A stretch of DNA of 64,000 bases from Calditrichales bacterium (GCA_965267575.1 OZ254086.1:2336001-2400000), one strand, 5' to 3'; counted from the first letter of the stretch, positions 51,172 through 61,649 are shown. Made by a program: numbers and translations. Notes: generated from the sequence alone by a model not told the origin.

Positions 51172-51362
51172 AGTGTGCTAAAGTGTTAAAGTGTTAAAGT
51201 GTTTTCGGTCTTTTCATTCTCATTATCAAATATAGCCCGGATGCCTTAAAGTGATGAGGTCTTTACGCGTAACCTTGCCAAGAGAATTCATTCTTCTTGA
51301 TGCCTGTGTTCGGCTGCCTTCGCAGAGGATACCGGTGTTTCTGGCGGTCAACCGGGATGATA
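51172..51362 (+). repeat. dispersed 8-mer-array repeat, copy 3, with terminal hairpin
   Basis: GTGCTAAAGTGTTAAAGTGTTAAAGTGTT..TCTTTTCATTCTCATTATCAAAT..GCCCGGATG; GGATACCGG...CCGGGATGA at 51327-51360. Confidence 0.75.
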
Positions 51363-51385
51363 CTTTCGATTCCGCATTTTGGACT

Positions 51386-52318
51386 CTACCAGTCTTCATC
51401 TCCGTAAAATTCTTTGGCTACATCTTCCGTGCGGGCGCGAATCTCCTCGATTTCTTTTTCGCTAAGCTTCTTTTTCCAGTTTTTGATTAGTTTTTTGCTG
51501 TCTCTTTTCAACGTGTGGATTTTATCTTTTTCGGCGAGTGCGGGGTTGTCATCACCGGTATATCTTTTTATATGCGTCTCAACCTTCGGGCCAAAGTCCA
51601 GGCTTAGTTTATCATAAAGCGCGCGGAATGATTTTACCGGTCTTGCTGCCAGGTCTTCATGCCGGTAAATATACCAATGCGGGTGATTGGCGCGATACTG
51701 CGCGATAGTCCAGGCAAAAATATTCCAGACCAGGGCCTGGGTCTCTATTTCCCATGGTATAAATTCTCGTGGCGCCTGTTCCAGTATTTCTTTTTTAAAC
51801 GGTTTAAGCTTTTCTTCCAGCAGCTCTTCCTGGTCGGCCAGCCACTTAAAATTGTACCCCCACTTCATGCGTCTTTGACTCTGTATTACCGCCGCAGGAT
51901 GCCTGACCAGTAAAATCATATCAAGATCAAAATTATTGTCCAGCCACTCCAGCGAGAAAAACGCCATGGGATCATGAATGACGGGGCGGCGATTGCGTGC
52001 TTTTTGAAAATGGTGATTAATAAACCGATACGCCGTATAGGGGTAAAAATACAATCCCTGGCGGCCCAAAACAGAGCCCAGTTCCGATACTGTGAACGAA
52101 AGACCGATCATGTTTTTAACGCGTGTCTTCAGAGCGTTGTCATTGTTGCCATTCAGATAGATGTAATTATTTTTAAAACCGCTGGCGAACATGGAAGCAC
52201 GCAGAATATTGAAAGGTTCAGCGATTGTATATTTTTCATCGGCCAGGGCTATCATCCGTGCCGTCCATGTGGTACCCGAACGAACAAATCCGCTAACAAA
52301 TGTAGCATCCTTTGGCAT
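51386..52318 (-). CDS. PAPS-dependent sulfotransferase family protein
   Basis: GFVRSGTTW 5'-PSB, EPFN, LVRHPAAVIQS 3'-PB, RHEDL. Confidence 0.85.
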   Translation of the reverse strand: MPKDATFVSGFVRSGTTWTARMIALADEKYTIAEPFNILRASMFASGFKNNYIYLNGNNDNALKTRVKNMIGLSFTVSELGSVLGRQGLYFYPYTAYRFINHHFQKARNRRPVIHDPMAFFSLEWLDNNFDLDMILLVRHPAAVIQSQRRMKWGYNFKWLADQEELLEEKLKPFKKEILEQAPREFIPWEIETQALVWNIFAWTIAQYRANHPHWYIYRHEDLAARPVKSFRALYDKLSLDFGPKVETHIKRYTGDDNPALAEKDKIHTLKRDSKKLIKNWKKKLSEKEIEEIRARTEDVAKEFYGDEDW

Positions 52319-52496
52319 AAATGATCCCTTTTAGTTAACTGATTCGCCGCCTAAACTAAAGGCGGCATATGTTTTTATCAAATGAAGGATTGAATCACTG
52401 TACGGCCTGCGTTCATAGTTGCATGGAAGCATAATATTAGGCAAACTTGCGTCGACGATTAACGTTATTACCCGCACAAAATGAGAATAAATCAAA

Positions 52497-53684
52497 ATGT
52501 ACGATCCCAAATCTTTTTACAGGGAACTGGATTCCCTGCTGGCCAAAATTGAAAAAGGCCTGTCTGTAAAAAACCTCTTAACCTCCATCCTGCGCGAACT
52601 GGAGCAAAATTTTCAACTGCAATTTCATATCTGCGACGGCGCCATTTATGAACAGCGCGGTCAGCAATTTATTCGTGTGCACACATCCGGTTCCAATAAT
52701 TGGAACGAATCCCTCGACAGCGAAGGTAATGCTGTCCAGCAGGTGACAAAGCACGGCAGTTTTATTTACGACAGCACCGGCAATGAAGAGTTCGGGCTGA
52801 ATCATAATGCCGGCTATATAACACCGGCCGCGATTGGCATTCATAGTCCGGAAAAGCAGTGGCTGCTTGTGTTTGGCCTGAAAAACCATTGGGTGCGCGA
52901 AGAGGTCCTTCTTTTTCTGAATGCTGTCCGTACCACCATCAACTATCGTCTTTTCTCGGAGATCATCGGTGGTGAATTAAAGCAGGCCGAGCAGATCCAG
53001 AAAAGCCTGCTGCCGCGCCGGTCTCCGAAATTTGAAGGTCTTGATATTTACGGCAAATCTATCCCGGCGGAAATCGTTGGCGGTGATTTTTACGAATACT
53101 TTGAACTGGACGGGGGAAACATTGGCATCAGCGTCGGTGATGTGAGCGGGCATGGCCTGCCGGCGGCGCTGCTTGTGCGCGACGTGGTAGTGGGGCTGCG
53201 CATGGGCCTGGCCAGTGAATACAAGCTGGTCTATACGCTAAAACGCCTCAACAAAGTGATCCAGAAAAGCACCTTTTCCAGCAACTTTGTTTCCATGTTC
53301 ACCGGGGAAATTGAAAAAAACGGCCATATCTTTTACGTAAATGCCGGCCATCCGGCACCCTTTAAAGTGCATGGCGACAGTGTCGAGGATCTCGGCCCGA
53401 CCGGGATTGTTCTTGGTTTCCTGGAAGAAATCGACCTGTACCGCTCGCATACGCACCTGCAGCCCGGCGCGGTGCTGGTTTTGTACACGGATGGAATCTT
53501 TGAGCGGCAAAATGAGAAAGAAGAGTTTTTCAGCGTTGATCGCCTCAAAGAGCTGGTCCGCGAAAACCAGGTCAAAAGTGCCAAAGAGATCGTGGAGCTG
53601 ATTTTTGACAGCGCCTATGGTTTTGGCCACGCCACTAACTGGACCGATGACGCCACCGTGGTAGTTATAAAACGGCGCACCTGA
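52497..53684 (+). CDS. SpoIIE/RsbU-type PP2C phosphatase
   Basis: IQKSLLP, VGGDFY, DVSGHG, NAGH, YTDG, DDAT. Confidence 0.9.
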   Translation: MYDPKSFYRELDSLLAKIEKGLSVKNLLTSILRELEQNFQLQFHICDGAIYEQRGQQFIRVHTSGSNNWNESLDSEGNAVQQVTKHGSFIYDSTGNEEFGLNHNAGYITPAAIGIHSPEKQWLLVFGLKNHWVREEVLLFLNAVRTTINYRLFSEIIGGELKQAEQIQKSLLPRRSPKFEGLDIYGKSIPAEIVGGDFYEYFELDGGNIGISVGDVSGHGLPAALLVRDVVVGLRMGLASEYKLVYTLKRLNKVIQKSTFSSNFVSMFTGEIEKNGHIFYVNAGHPAPFKVHGDSVEDLGPTGIVLGFLEEIDLYRSHTHLQPGAVLVLYTDGIFERQNEKEEFFSVDRLKELVRENQVKSAKEIVELIFDSAYGFGHATNWTDDATVVVIKRRT

Positions 53685-53692
53685 ACAAGCAG

Positions 53693-54709
53693 CTACTGCG
53701 GCCGCACAAAAGCGAGTATAGTGCGCGGGTGGGTATCGGTAGCCAGCAGAAAACCGCCTCTTTCCGGAAACCGCACCAGGCCTTCCCAGTTGCGCGATTC
53801 GCCGCTAAGCTGAAGCAAAAGCGGCGCGTTGCCGCTGAACCTAACGCCTTCTTCCGTTAGCTCAAGCTCTACCAGTCTTTCCACACCCACGTTCTTCATA
53901 TGGCTCGAGCCCACGCCAAAGAGAATAAACAGCGAATCGGTAGCCGGATCCAGTTTGCCGATTTGTCCCTCGTAAAGATAGTTGCTTACCCAGAACCGTT
54001 GTTGATTGTCGATCCTGGTTGCGTCGGTTAAACGGTACTCAAGGTGGGTCATGGAGAGCGTACCCGCCGGATTAAGGTTCCAGTCGAAAAGGTTGACCAG
54101 CGGATTGCGGTTTACATTTTCGCCATTCGCTTCATAAAATGTGTAGACAATACTGTCGCGGATCAGCAGAGCCTCGTCGCTGAAGTTGTTAATGCCCGCC
54201 CGGCCGGGTATAACCGCGCGCTTTTCTGTGTTAAGAACAAGCCTGTTTTGCCCGGGATCAATATATCCTTTAAACAGCCATGCCTGCATTTCGCCATCTG
54301 GGCCGGCTTCCACCGATACAAACGCCGTGGTTCCGTCAAAAGCGATTGCCTCAAGCCCTTCATAGCCCTTTTGCTCATCCAGGCCAGGTGCTTCAAACTG
54401 AAGCCTGCCGGGTTGCAGCGCCTGTTGCGCACCGGCATCAAGATAATCTTCCAGTTGCTGTTTGGTTAGAAAGAAAAGGTGATTGTCAAAACGGTCGGGG
54501 TATTGCGTCAGCAGAATCAGGGTATCGCCAAACCAGGTCAGGCCGGATAATTCCGCATCCGGACTGGTAATATCACCATTGAGCCGGATTTCCGTAATGG
54601 CAGATTCCGCGGCTTCCGGCACACCGTCATAGCGCTCTTCCGGCAGCGACTGTTCGCTGCACGCGCCAAGCAAAGCAATCAAAAAAAGAAACAGGATAAT
54701 ACGCACCAT
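53693..54709 (-). CDS. hypothetical lipoprotein, probable beta-propeller (phytase/esterase-like)
   Basis: Lipobox LLGAC; repeated ELSGL, YEGLEAI, NWEGL motifs. Confidence 0.6.
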   Translation of the reverse strand: MVRIILFLFLIALLGACSEQSLPEERYDGVPEAAESAITEIRLNGDITSPDAELSGLTWFGDTLILLTQYPDRFDNHLFFLTKQQLEDYLDAGAQQALQPGRLQFEAPGLDEQKGYEGLEAIAFDGTTAFVSVEAGPDGEMQAWLFKGYIDPGQNRLVLNTEKRAVIPGRAGINNFSDEALLIRDSIVYTFYEANGENVNRNPLVNLFDWNLNPAGTLSMTHLEYRLTDATRIDNQQRFWVSNYLYEGQIGKLDPATDSLFILFGVGSSHMKNVGVERLVELELTEEGVRFSGNAPLLLQLSGESRNWEGLVRFPERGGFLLATDTHPRTILAFVRPQ

Positions 54710-54792
54710 CGGCCTCCGTTTTAACGCCTGATGGTAGTATACCCAGTTTGACAACAGGTATCAATTGTCTTGGGGGTGTGAAAGTCTGGAAA

Positions 54793-56601
54793 TTACTTCT
54801 TTGTCGGGGCCAGTTTTTCCAGTTCGCTAAAATAGCTGTCTGTGCAGTCGGGGCACATGCTATGGCTGAATTTGGCTTCCGAGTGGCGGCTGACGTATTT
54901 CTCCAGTTCATTCCAGTAGCCCTGGTCGTCGCGGATTTTTTTGCAACTGGAGCAAATAGGCAGCAAGCCATGCAACGTTTTTACGTTTTGCAGCGCTTCC
55001 TGCAATTCATCAATCAGCTTTTGCCGCTCACGGTTGATATACATGATCTCGGCATTCTGGTCTTGCAGCAGGCGATTGGTTCGTTTGACAAAAAGCTGGC
55101 GCATTACCAGCGCGAAAATAAGCGCCAGAGCCATTAGGGCAATAATGATCAGGAAATTGCGCACCTCCTTTTCCCGGGCGATGCTCAGCCTCTGTATCTC
55201 ATTATCTTTGCGCAGCAGCGCGTTTTCCGCCTCTTTTTGCTCCAGGCTATAGCGGATTTGAAGATCGGTAAATTCGTGCATCTTTTCGTAATTAAACAGG
55301 CTGTCCTGCCAGGCCGCGCCGCTCTTGTAATACTGCAGGGCAAGGCCCAGATCGCCTTGTTTCTCATACACGCGCGAAATGATGAAATCGGTACGGGCCA
55401 GAATATCGCGGTAGGTTTCCTCGCGCGCTATTTCGCGGCTGTTCCGGGCGTAGATAAGGGTTTTGTTGTTTTGGCCCAGCTCGAAATAAATTTCGGCCAT
55501 ATCGCAAAGCGCGATGGCCTGGCGGTAATAGTTGCCTATGCTCCGGCCAATATTCAGGGAGGCGTCATAATGGTGCAGCGCCTTGTCAAATTCGCGCAGT
55601 TGCCCGTACACATTGCCAAGGTGCCTGTGTGCCAGGCTGATACCACCCTTCTTGTCCTCCAGGCTGTAATTATGCAGCGCTTCCGTATAGTATTTAATCG
55701 CCTGAGCGTTTTCACCCCTGGCCTGGTGGTAAGCGCCAATATTCACCTGCGAGTAAGCCTTGCCAAAAACATAACCGGTGGAGTCACAAATCGAGAGCGC
55801 CTGACGGTAAAACCCGTAAGCTTCGTCAAAGCGTTTCCATTCCTGGTAGACCAAACCCATGTTGTTCAGGATCAGCGCGATGTTTTTCTTGTCACCGGTT
55901 TTGCGCCGGAAGTACAGCGCCCGCTGGTAGTAATCGAGTGCGTTGTTGTAACTGCCCATACCCCAGTAGATCGTGCCAATATTGTTAAGCGTGCGGCCCT
56001 GGCGGTCGTCGTCCTGCAAGGTTTCGTATAAAACCAGCGCACGACGGTAGTAGCCTATTGCTTCGCCAAAGTGGCCTGCTGCCCAAAAGCTAAGTCCCAC
56101 GTTATTAAAGCATTCCGCCGTTTTTTCTTTGTTATCCAGGGAATCATAAGCTATGGCAGCAGCGATAAAAGCCTTTGCCGCTTCCGTGGAGCGATAGGCC
56201 TTATAGTATGCGTAAGCCTTCTGAAACAGGACATAAGCGATCTCGTCTTCCAGCTTATGATCCTCGTAAATATTTTCCGCGGATTCAAAAATGGCTATAG
56301 CGCTGTCCGTTTCGCCAAGCTGTATGTAGGCTCTTCCGCGTGCTTTAAGCGCCTCCGCCACAGAAAGCCTTTGGCCGCTGCTTTGGGCTGCCTTCATGGC
56401 GCTGTCGGCAAAAAACAAGGCTTGTCGCGGTAAACTGTCCTTAACGGCGATACTCAGCTCGCTCCACCAGTGGGCTTTTTGCGCGTGGGATGCGCTGCCA
56501 TTTAGCAGTTGTGTAAGGCTGTCTGCCGAAGCAGGCGTCTGGCAAAAGGCATTTTGCGCGATAAAAATAAAGGCTATCAGGCCAAGAGATCTTTTTTTCA
56601 T
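54793..56601 (-). CDS. periplasmic TPR sensor with TM helix, coiled coil and C-terminal Cys-rich domain
   Basis: Signal peptide, multiple NNxG TPRs, TM, then LLPICSSCKKIRDDQGYW...FSHSMCPDC. Confidence 0.8.
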   Translation of the reverse strand: MKKRSLGLIAFIFIAQNAFCQTPASADSLTQLLNGSASHAQKAHWWSELSIAVKDSLPRQALFFADSAMKAAQSSGQRLSVAEALKARGRAYIQLGETDSAIAIFESAENIYEDHKLEDEIAYVLFQKAYAYYKAYRSTEAAKAFIAAAIAYDSLDNKEKTAECFNNVGLSFWAAGHFGEAIGYYRRALVLYETLQDDDRQGRTLNNIGTIYWGMGSYNNALDYYQRALYFRRKTGDKKNIALILNNMGLVYQEWKRFDEAYGFYRQALSICDSTGYVFGKAYSQVNIGAYHQARGENAQAIKYYTEALHNYSLEDKKGGISLAHRHLGNVYGQLREFDKALHHYDASLNIGRSIGNYYRQAIALCDMAEIYFELGQNNKTLIYARNSREIAREETYRDILARTDFIISRVYEKQGDLGLALQYYKSGAAWQDSLFNYEKMHEFTDLQIRYSLEQKEAENALLRKDNEIQRLSIAREKEVRNFLIIIALMALALIFALVMRQLFVKRTNRLLQDQNAEIMYINRERQKLIDELQEALQNVKTLHGLLPICSSCKKIRDDQGYWNELEKYVSRHSEAKFSHSMCPDCTDSYFSELEKLAPTKK

Positions 56602-56767
56602 TTCCTTAACTGTAAAATTAACTTCCTTATCTAAATAATCGTCAACCGGGTCCGGCGCTGAAGGCAAACGTTTCAGTTGGGCATTTTTTTAGGCCGGTCA
56701 AAGTTTAATAATCGCCTTAATACCCATATATTTAAATATGGCCAATCAAAACTTTTCGTTAAGGTAC

Positions 56768-57718
56768 ATGCTAAAAAATTTTCTGCGGATTGTCCTGATT
56801 CTTATTGTCGTCATCCTGGGCGTCTTCGGCGCCTGGGCCATCTGGGAGCGTAACCGCGAGCCGCTGCCGGCGCTGGATACAATCGCTGACGATATAAAAG
56901 TAGTAAACAGCTTTACACTGCGCGATTCCACCATTGCCGGATTGCGCGACTACCAAACCATTACGCTATTCTCTCAAAAAAGCGATACCATACGCGCCAT
57001 TATCAGCTTTCCGCCGAGAAAAATTGAAAAGCCGCTGCCGGTTGTAACGATCCTTGGCGGCCTGGAAATCGGGCGTAAAAATTTTTCTTTTATCCCTGAT
57101 CCCGGTGATAATATTTTGATCATTTATATGTATCCATACAGCCCGGAGTATTGGTACGAAGGCCATGCGTTGCAAGAGGTGCCGCGTATCCGCAACGGTA
57201 TTCTCAACGTTCCGGCGCAAATCACCGAACTGTCGCGCTGGGTGCAAAAACAATCCTGGTGTGATACCTCGCGGGTGTCACTTTTGGGCTACAGCTTTGG
57301 TTCGCTGTTTCTGCCCGCGGTGGAGCGGCTGGCCGCGCGCCATAACGTGCGCAGCGGCCCGATGATCCTGGCTTACGGTGGCGTGGATATAGAAATGCTG
57401 TTGTATGAAAACCTGCGGGTGAAACCACTCTGGCTGCGGCGCTTTTCCGCCTGGCTTGCGGCAACGGCAATCTACACGGTGGACCCGCTGCATCACGCGC
57501 CGCGTATGCACGGCGATATCTATATCATCAACGGCACGGAAGACAGCCAGATCCCTGATGCTTCCTGGAAAAAGCTGCAGAACCTCGTGCCGAGTCCTGA
57601 CAAAATAGACATCCTGCCCGGGGCGGGGCACATGCATCCGCGCAAACCGGAGCTCACAGCCAAACTTGTCCGTATGAGCCGCGCCTGGCTTAAGGAAAAA
57701 GGGGTACTTAACCCTTAG
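56768..57718 (+). CDS. membrane-anchored alpha/beta hydrolase
   Basis: N-terminal TM, GYSFG nucleophile elbow, GTED, AGH; start may be 56738. Confidence 0.7.
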   Translation: MLKNFLRIVLILIVVILGVFGAWAIWERNREPLPALDTIADDIKVVNSFTLRDSTIAGLRDYQTITLFSQKSDTIRAIISFPPRKIEKPLPVVTILGGLEIGRKNFSFIPDPGDNILIIYMYPYSPEYWYEGHALQEVPRIRNGILNVPAQITELSRWVQKQSWCDTSRVSLLGYSFGSLFLPAVERLAARHNVRSGPMILAYGGVDIEMLLYENLRVKPLWLRRFSAWLAATAIYTVDPLHHAPRMHGDIYIINGTEDSQIPDASWKKLQNLVPSPDKIDILPGAGHMHPRKPELTAKLVRMSRAWLKEKGVLNP

Positions 57719-57764
57719 TCCAAACGGTAGTCATCAGTTTCATTTTCATAGACCTGAGGTATCC

Positions 57765-58217
57765 ATGGATCAAACAAAAATCGCGGTTAAACAAATTGAC
57801 CACATCGAGCTCTTTGTGCCCGATCGCTACAAGGCCGCCAAATGGTATGAAGAAAACCTGGGCTTGAAAATCCTTACGCCTTTTGAACACTGGTCGGAGG
57901 CCAAGGGCGGGCCGCTAATGATCTCGACAGCTTCCGCGCATACAAAGATAGCTCTATTTGAAGGGGATGGTCAGCAAAGTGAGCCACAGCGCGGTATCCG
58001 CCGGATCGCATTTTTGCTGCCCGGCAATGATTTTGTATCGTTTTTGGCGGCGGTTTCAGATTTAAACCTGCATGATAAAAACGGGCGCCGCATTTCAAGC
58101 CTGAAACCTTCTGACCACGGCGTGGCCTGGTCTGTCTATTTTTGCGACCCGTGGGGCACACGTCTGGAAATTACCACCTACGATTATGACCTTGTTGCGG
58201 AGAAATTAAAAGCATAA
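57765..58217 (+). CDS. VOC/glyoxalase family protein
   Basis: IDHIEL, WYEENLG, SVYFCDPWGTRLEI. Confidence 0.85.
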   Translation: MDQTKIAVKQIDHIELFVPDRYKAAKWYEENLGLKILTPFEHWSEAKGGPLMISTASAHTKIALFEGDGQQSEPQRGIRRIAFLLPGNDFVSFLAAVSDLNLHDKNGRRISSLKPSDHGVAWSVYFCDPWGTRLEITTYDYDLVAEKLKA

Positions 58218-58273
58218 CCGGACGTGCACGGAGATCTCTTTTTTGGGCATCACGTCGGCAAGACTAAATGAAT

Positions 58274-60958
58274 TCATTTCAGCTTTACACCAAATAAATT
58301 TAGTGCCTGACCGACGATCAGGGGTAGAAAACTAAACCCGATTATCAACAGCCATCCTTCGAAGGCAGGCGGAATGGTCTTGAGGATTCCGGAAATCAAC
58401 GGCATATATAATGCGGCGAAGAGCAGGAAAAAACAGATCAAAAAAGCAATCCAGACAAATTTGTTTTTTGTTATCTCATTTATGAAGAGATTCGAATTAA
58501 TACTTCGCATATTGAACACATGCCAGAGCCGCGAGAAACCAAGGGTCAAAAACGCAATCGTAACGGCTTCTTCCCGGCTTGTCCCGAGCCAGGTCTGGGC
58601 CAGGGTAAAAGAGGCAAGTATCGAAAGAGCAATAACAACTCCGAACATCCAGATAAAAAACCAGCCTCTTTTATTCAATATAGGTTCTTGCGGATTGCGC
58701 GGGGCTTGTTTCATGATCCCTTTTTCACTCTCACCCATACCGACGGCAAGCGCCGGAAAAACATCAATGCCGAAATTTAAAAAAAGAATCTGAAGCGGAT
58801 ACAACGGCAGGGCCGCGATGGCAAGAAATGTTGAAGCAACCGCAAGGATTTCGCCCAGGTTGCCGGAGAGTAAATAAAGAACAAATTTGCGGATATTATT
58901 AAAAATCGTTCTTCCTTGTTCAACCGCGGCAACGATTGATGACAGCGAATCATCTTTTAGAATCATATCGGCGGCATCTCTGGCAACCTGCGTTCCCCGC
59001 TGACCCATTGCAATACCGATGTCGGCCTTTTTGAGTGCGGGAGCGTCGTTAACGCCGTCACCGGTCATCGCAACAATATTTCCCATCTCCTGGTGCAATG
59101 CAATCAAGTTCAGTTTTTGCTTAGGTGTAACCCTGGCGAAGATCTTTTCGGAGGCGAGTTTATCCAGCTTTTTGTCATCGTAATTTTCAATTTCTTCAAG
59201 ATCGCTTCCGTAACTGTATTTCCCGTTGTCATTTTCTACCAGGTTGATGCTTTGGGCAATTTGTCTTGCCGTTGAAGGATGATCACCGGTAACCATGATA
59301 AGATCAATGTGTGCTTCCCGGCACTGATGAATGGCTTCTTTCACACCTTCACGCGGGGGATCGTACAGGCCGGCGAGACCAACAAAAGAAATATTATCGT
59401 AGGGATCATCTTCAACGGAGGAGCTTTCTTTTACCGCCAGAGCAAGCACGCGCAATCCTTCACCCGCCAGTTTTTCGTTTCTTTTTATCCACTCTTCTTT
59501 ATCATTTTCACTAAAATTTTCAGGACCGGTCCCGGATAAAATCGACTTGCTGGCTTTAATAATCTGTTCCGGTGCTCCTTTAACCGCCACCTTATAATTA
59601 TCGTCAAGTTGATGAAACGTAGCCATCATCATGGTATCGGCATCGAAGGCGACCTCTTTTTTCTCGGGCAATTCGTCAAGAAGTTCCTTGCGGTACATAC
59701 CGGCTTTTGCTCCGGCGACCAATAGCGCTATTTCCAGGGGATCTCCAACCGAGTCGGCATCTCCATGCGGCAGTGAAGCGTTGTTGCAAAGCACGCCGAT
59801 CTTTAATGCTTCGGATAAGATCTCGTTTTCATCCGGCTCAATCCGTGAATCTTCAACTTTAAATATACCCTCGGTATCGAACCCCTCACCGGTTATATCA
59901 ACAACCCTGTCAGCGAAAACAAATTGCCGGACTGTCATTTGGTTTTCCGTAAGCGTACCGGTTTTATCAACGCACAGCCTGTTTGTTGCACCAAGTGTTT
60001 CCACCGATGCCAGCCGGTTGATAAGCGTATTTTTTTCCGCCATTACAAGCATGCCGCGGGCCAGGGCAACCGTTGCAACAATGGGCAGGCCTTCCGGTAT
60101 TGCGGCAATCGCCAGAGCCACGGCGGTTTCAATCATCAGGAATAGTTCTTTGCCCCGCAAATAACCTATCACTCCAACCGCTGCGGCCAGCGCGATAGTA
60201 AGCCAAATCAACTTTCTGCCCAGTGCATCAAGTCTTTTTTCGAGAGGTGTTACCTCTTCTTCAGCTTCTTCAACCAGGGCGGAAATATTGCCGAGCTCCG
60301 TATTCATACCGGTCGATACAACTACGCCGGCACCGGAGCCTTTGGTGATAGCGGTACCTTTAAAAACCATATTTTTTCTATCAGCCAGACCGGTATCCGC
60401 CGCTAATTGATCCGTAGATTTTGCAACCGGCACCGACTCCCCGGTTAGTGGAGATTCATCAACCTGAAGCTTATTTGATTCAATAAGCCTTATATCTGCG
60501 CTTACGATATCGCCACCTTCAAGCACAACAATATCACCCGGCACAATTTTATCGGCTCGGATCTTTATTGTTTTTCCGTTTCGCCTGACGCCGGCTCTTA
60601 CTTTGGTGAGTTCTTTCAGGCCCTCCATCGATTTTATGGCTTTCCACTCGGTTAAAAATCCAACCGCGCCGTTAACGAGAACAACCGCCAGTATTGCAAA
60701 GCCTTCAATCGTCTGGTCGAATAAAAAAGAGAGCACTACCGCGGCGAGAAGAACAATCACAATCAGGCTTTTAAATTGCTCAAGCAGAATTTCCCATGGA
60801 CTTTTCTTTTTAGATTCTTTTAATTTGTTTACACCGTATTTCTTTATGCGCTTGTTTACTTCGCTTGTTGATAAACCATTCTCAACCGGGACTTCAAGTT
60901 CGGTGAGAATATCATCAACGCTTATTGACCAGGGATTTTTGATATTTTTGTCCGGCAT
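58274..60958 (-). CDS. P-type cation (Ca2+-type, P2A) ATPase
   Basis: LTGES, IPEGLP, DKTGTLT, KGAPE, TGD, MTGDGVNDAPAL. Confidence 0.94.
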   Translation of the reverse strand: MPDKNIKNPWSISVDDILTELEVPVENGLSTSEVNKRIKKYGVNKLKESKKKSPWEILLEQFKSLIVIVLLAAVVLSFLFDQTIEGFAILAVVLVNGAVGFLTEWKAIKSMEGLKELTKVRAGVRRNGKTIKIRADKIVPGDIVVLEGGDIVSADIRLIESNKLQVDESPLTGESVPVAKSTDQLAADTGLADRKNMVFKGTAITKGSGAGVVVSTGMNTELGNISALVEEAEEEVTPLEKRLDALGRKLIWLTIALAAAVGVIGYLRGKELFLMIETAVALAIAAIPEGLPIVATVALARGMLVMAEKNTLINRLASVETLGATNRLCVDKTGTLTENQMTVRQFVFADRVVDITGEGFDTEGIFKVEDSRIEPDENEILSEALKIGVLCNNASLPHGDADSVGDPLEIALLVAGAKAGMYRKELLDELPEKKEVAFDADTMMMATFHQLDDNYKVAVKGAPEQIIKASKSILSGTGPENFSENDKEEWIKRNEKLAGEGLRVLALAVKESSSVEDDPYDNISFVGLAGLYDPPREGVKEAIHQCREAHIDLIMVTGDHPSTARQIAQSINLVENDNGKYSYGSDLEEIENYDDKKLDKLASEKIFARVTPKQKLNLIALHQEMGNIVAMTGDGVNDAPALKKADIGIAMGQRGTQVARDAADMILKDDSLSSIVAAVEQGRTIFNNIRKFVLYLLSGNLGEILAVASTFLAIAALPLYPLQILFLNFGIDVFPALAVGMGESEKGIMKQAPRNPQEPILNKRGWFFIWMFGVVIALSILASFTLAQTWLGTSREEAVTIAFLTLGFSRLWHVFNMRSINSNLFINEITKNKFVWIAFLICFFLLFAALYMPLISGILKTIPPAFEGWLLIIGFSFLPLIVGQALNLFGVKLK

Positions 60959-61064
60959 CTGAGTGAAAAGTAAAATAGAGTGATGATAGATTTATTTGTT
61001 TACTTTAATTAACCAAAAAGATGTACTAATTCAAAAAAGCGTGAGCACGAAAGGGACAGACCCG

Positions 61065-61649
61065 ATGTCACGATACGAATACGTATTGAGCGGCTGGTTT
61101 TTATTGGCACTGTTGGTTTCACTTTCAGGGGTTATGTACGGTGCGCCGGCGCCGGTGATTGGTGCCGTGAACTGGACCCTTGTTGTACTTGTTTTGCTGC
61201 TTATCCGGCGCCTCCGCGGATTGCGTGACTGGGTCAGATCGCTCGATCTTAAAATTCTGGTTGCCTTCCATGCCGTGCGTTTTGTTGGATTATATTTTCT
61301 GTGGCTGCACAGCGTGGGCCGTCTGCCCTACGCCTTTGCCGTACCCGGCGGCTGGGGAGACATTATTGTAGCGATTGCCGCGCTGCTTGTCGTCGTTTTT
61401 GCTTTGCCGCTGCGCAAAATGTGGCAGTGGTGGACCGTGCTGGCCTGGAATACGGTCGGCTTGCTGGACATTTTGCTGGTCATTGCCACGGGCATGCGTA
61501 TTGGCCTGCAGGATATGAGCCAGATGATAGAGCTGACCGACTTTCCGCTGAGCCTGCTGCCCTCTTTTATCGTACCGCTGATCATCGTAACCCATATCCT
61601 GATATTTGTCCGGCTGCGCAAAAGTCGCAGAAAACTAATGTCCGTTTGA
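61065..61649 (+). CDS. hypothetical integral membrane protein
   Basis: About 6 TM; HAVRFVG, GWGDI, WNTVGLLD, FPLSLLPSFIVP..H. Confidence 0.7.
   Translation: MSRYEYVLSGWFLLALLVSLSGVMYGAPAPVIGAVNWTLVVLVLLLIRRLRGLRDWVRSLDLKILVAFHAVRFVGLYFLWLHSVGRLPYAFAVPGGWGDIIVAIAALLVVVFALPLRKMWQWWTVLAWNTVGLLDILLVIATGMRIGLQDMSQMIELTDFPLSLLPSFIVPLIIVTHILIFVRLRKSRRKLMSV

Noticed and set aside
43709..52318. Sulfatase and sulfotransferase as part of the otr sulfur system
   Set aside because: Separated by unrelated genes and on the opposite strand; no shared regulatory motif seen
52346..52366. GCCGCCT/AGGCGGC hairpin as terminator
   Set aside because: Lies between divergent genes and lacks a U-tract; function unsupported
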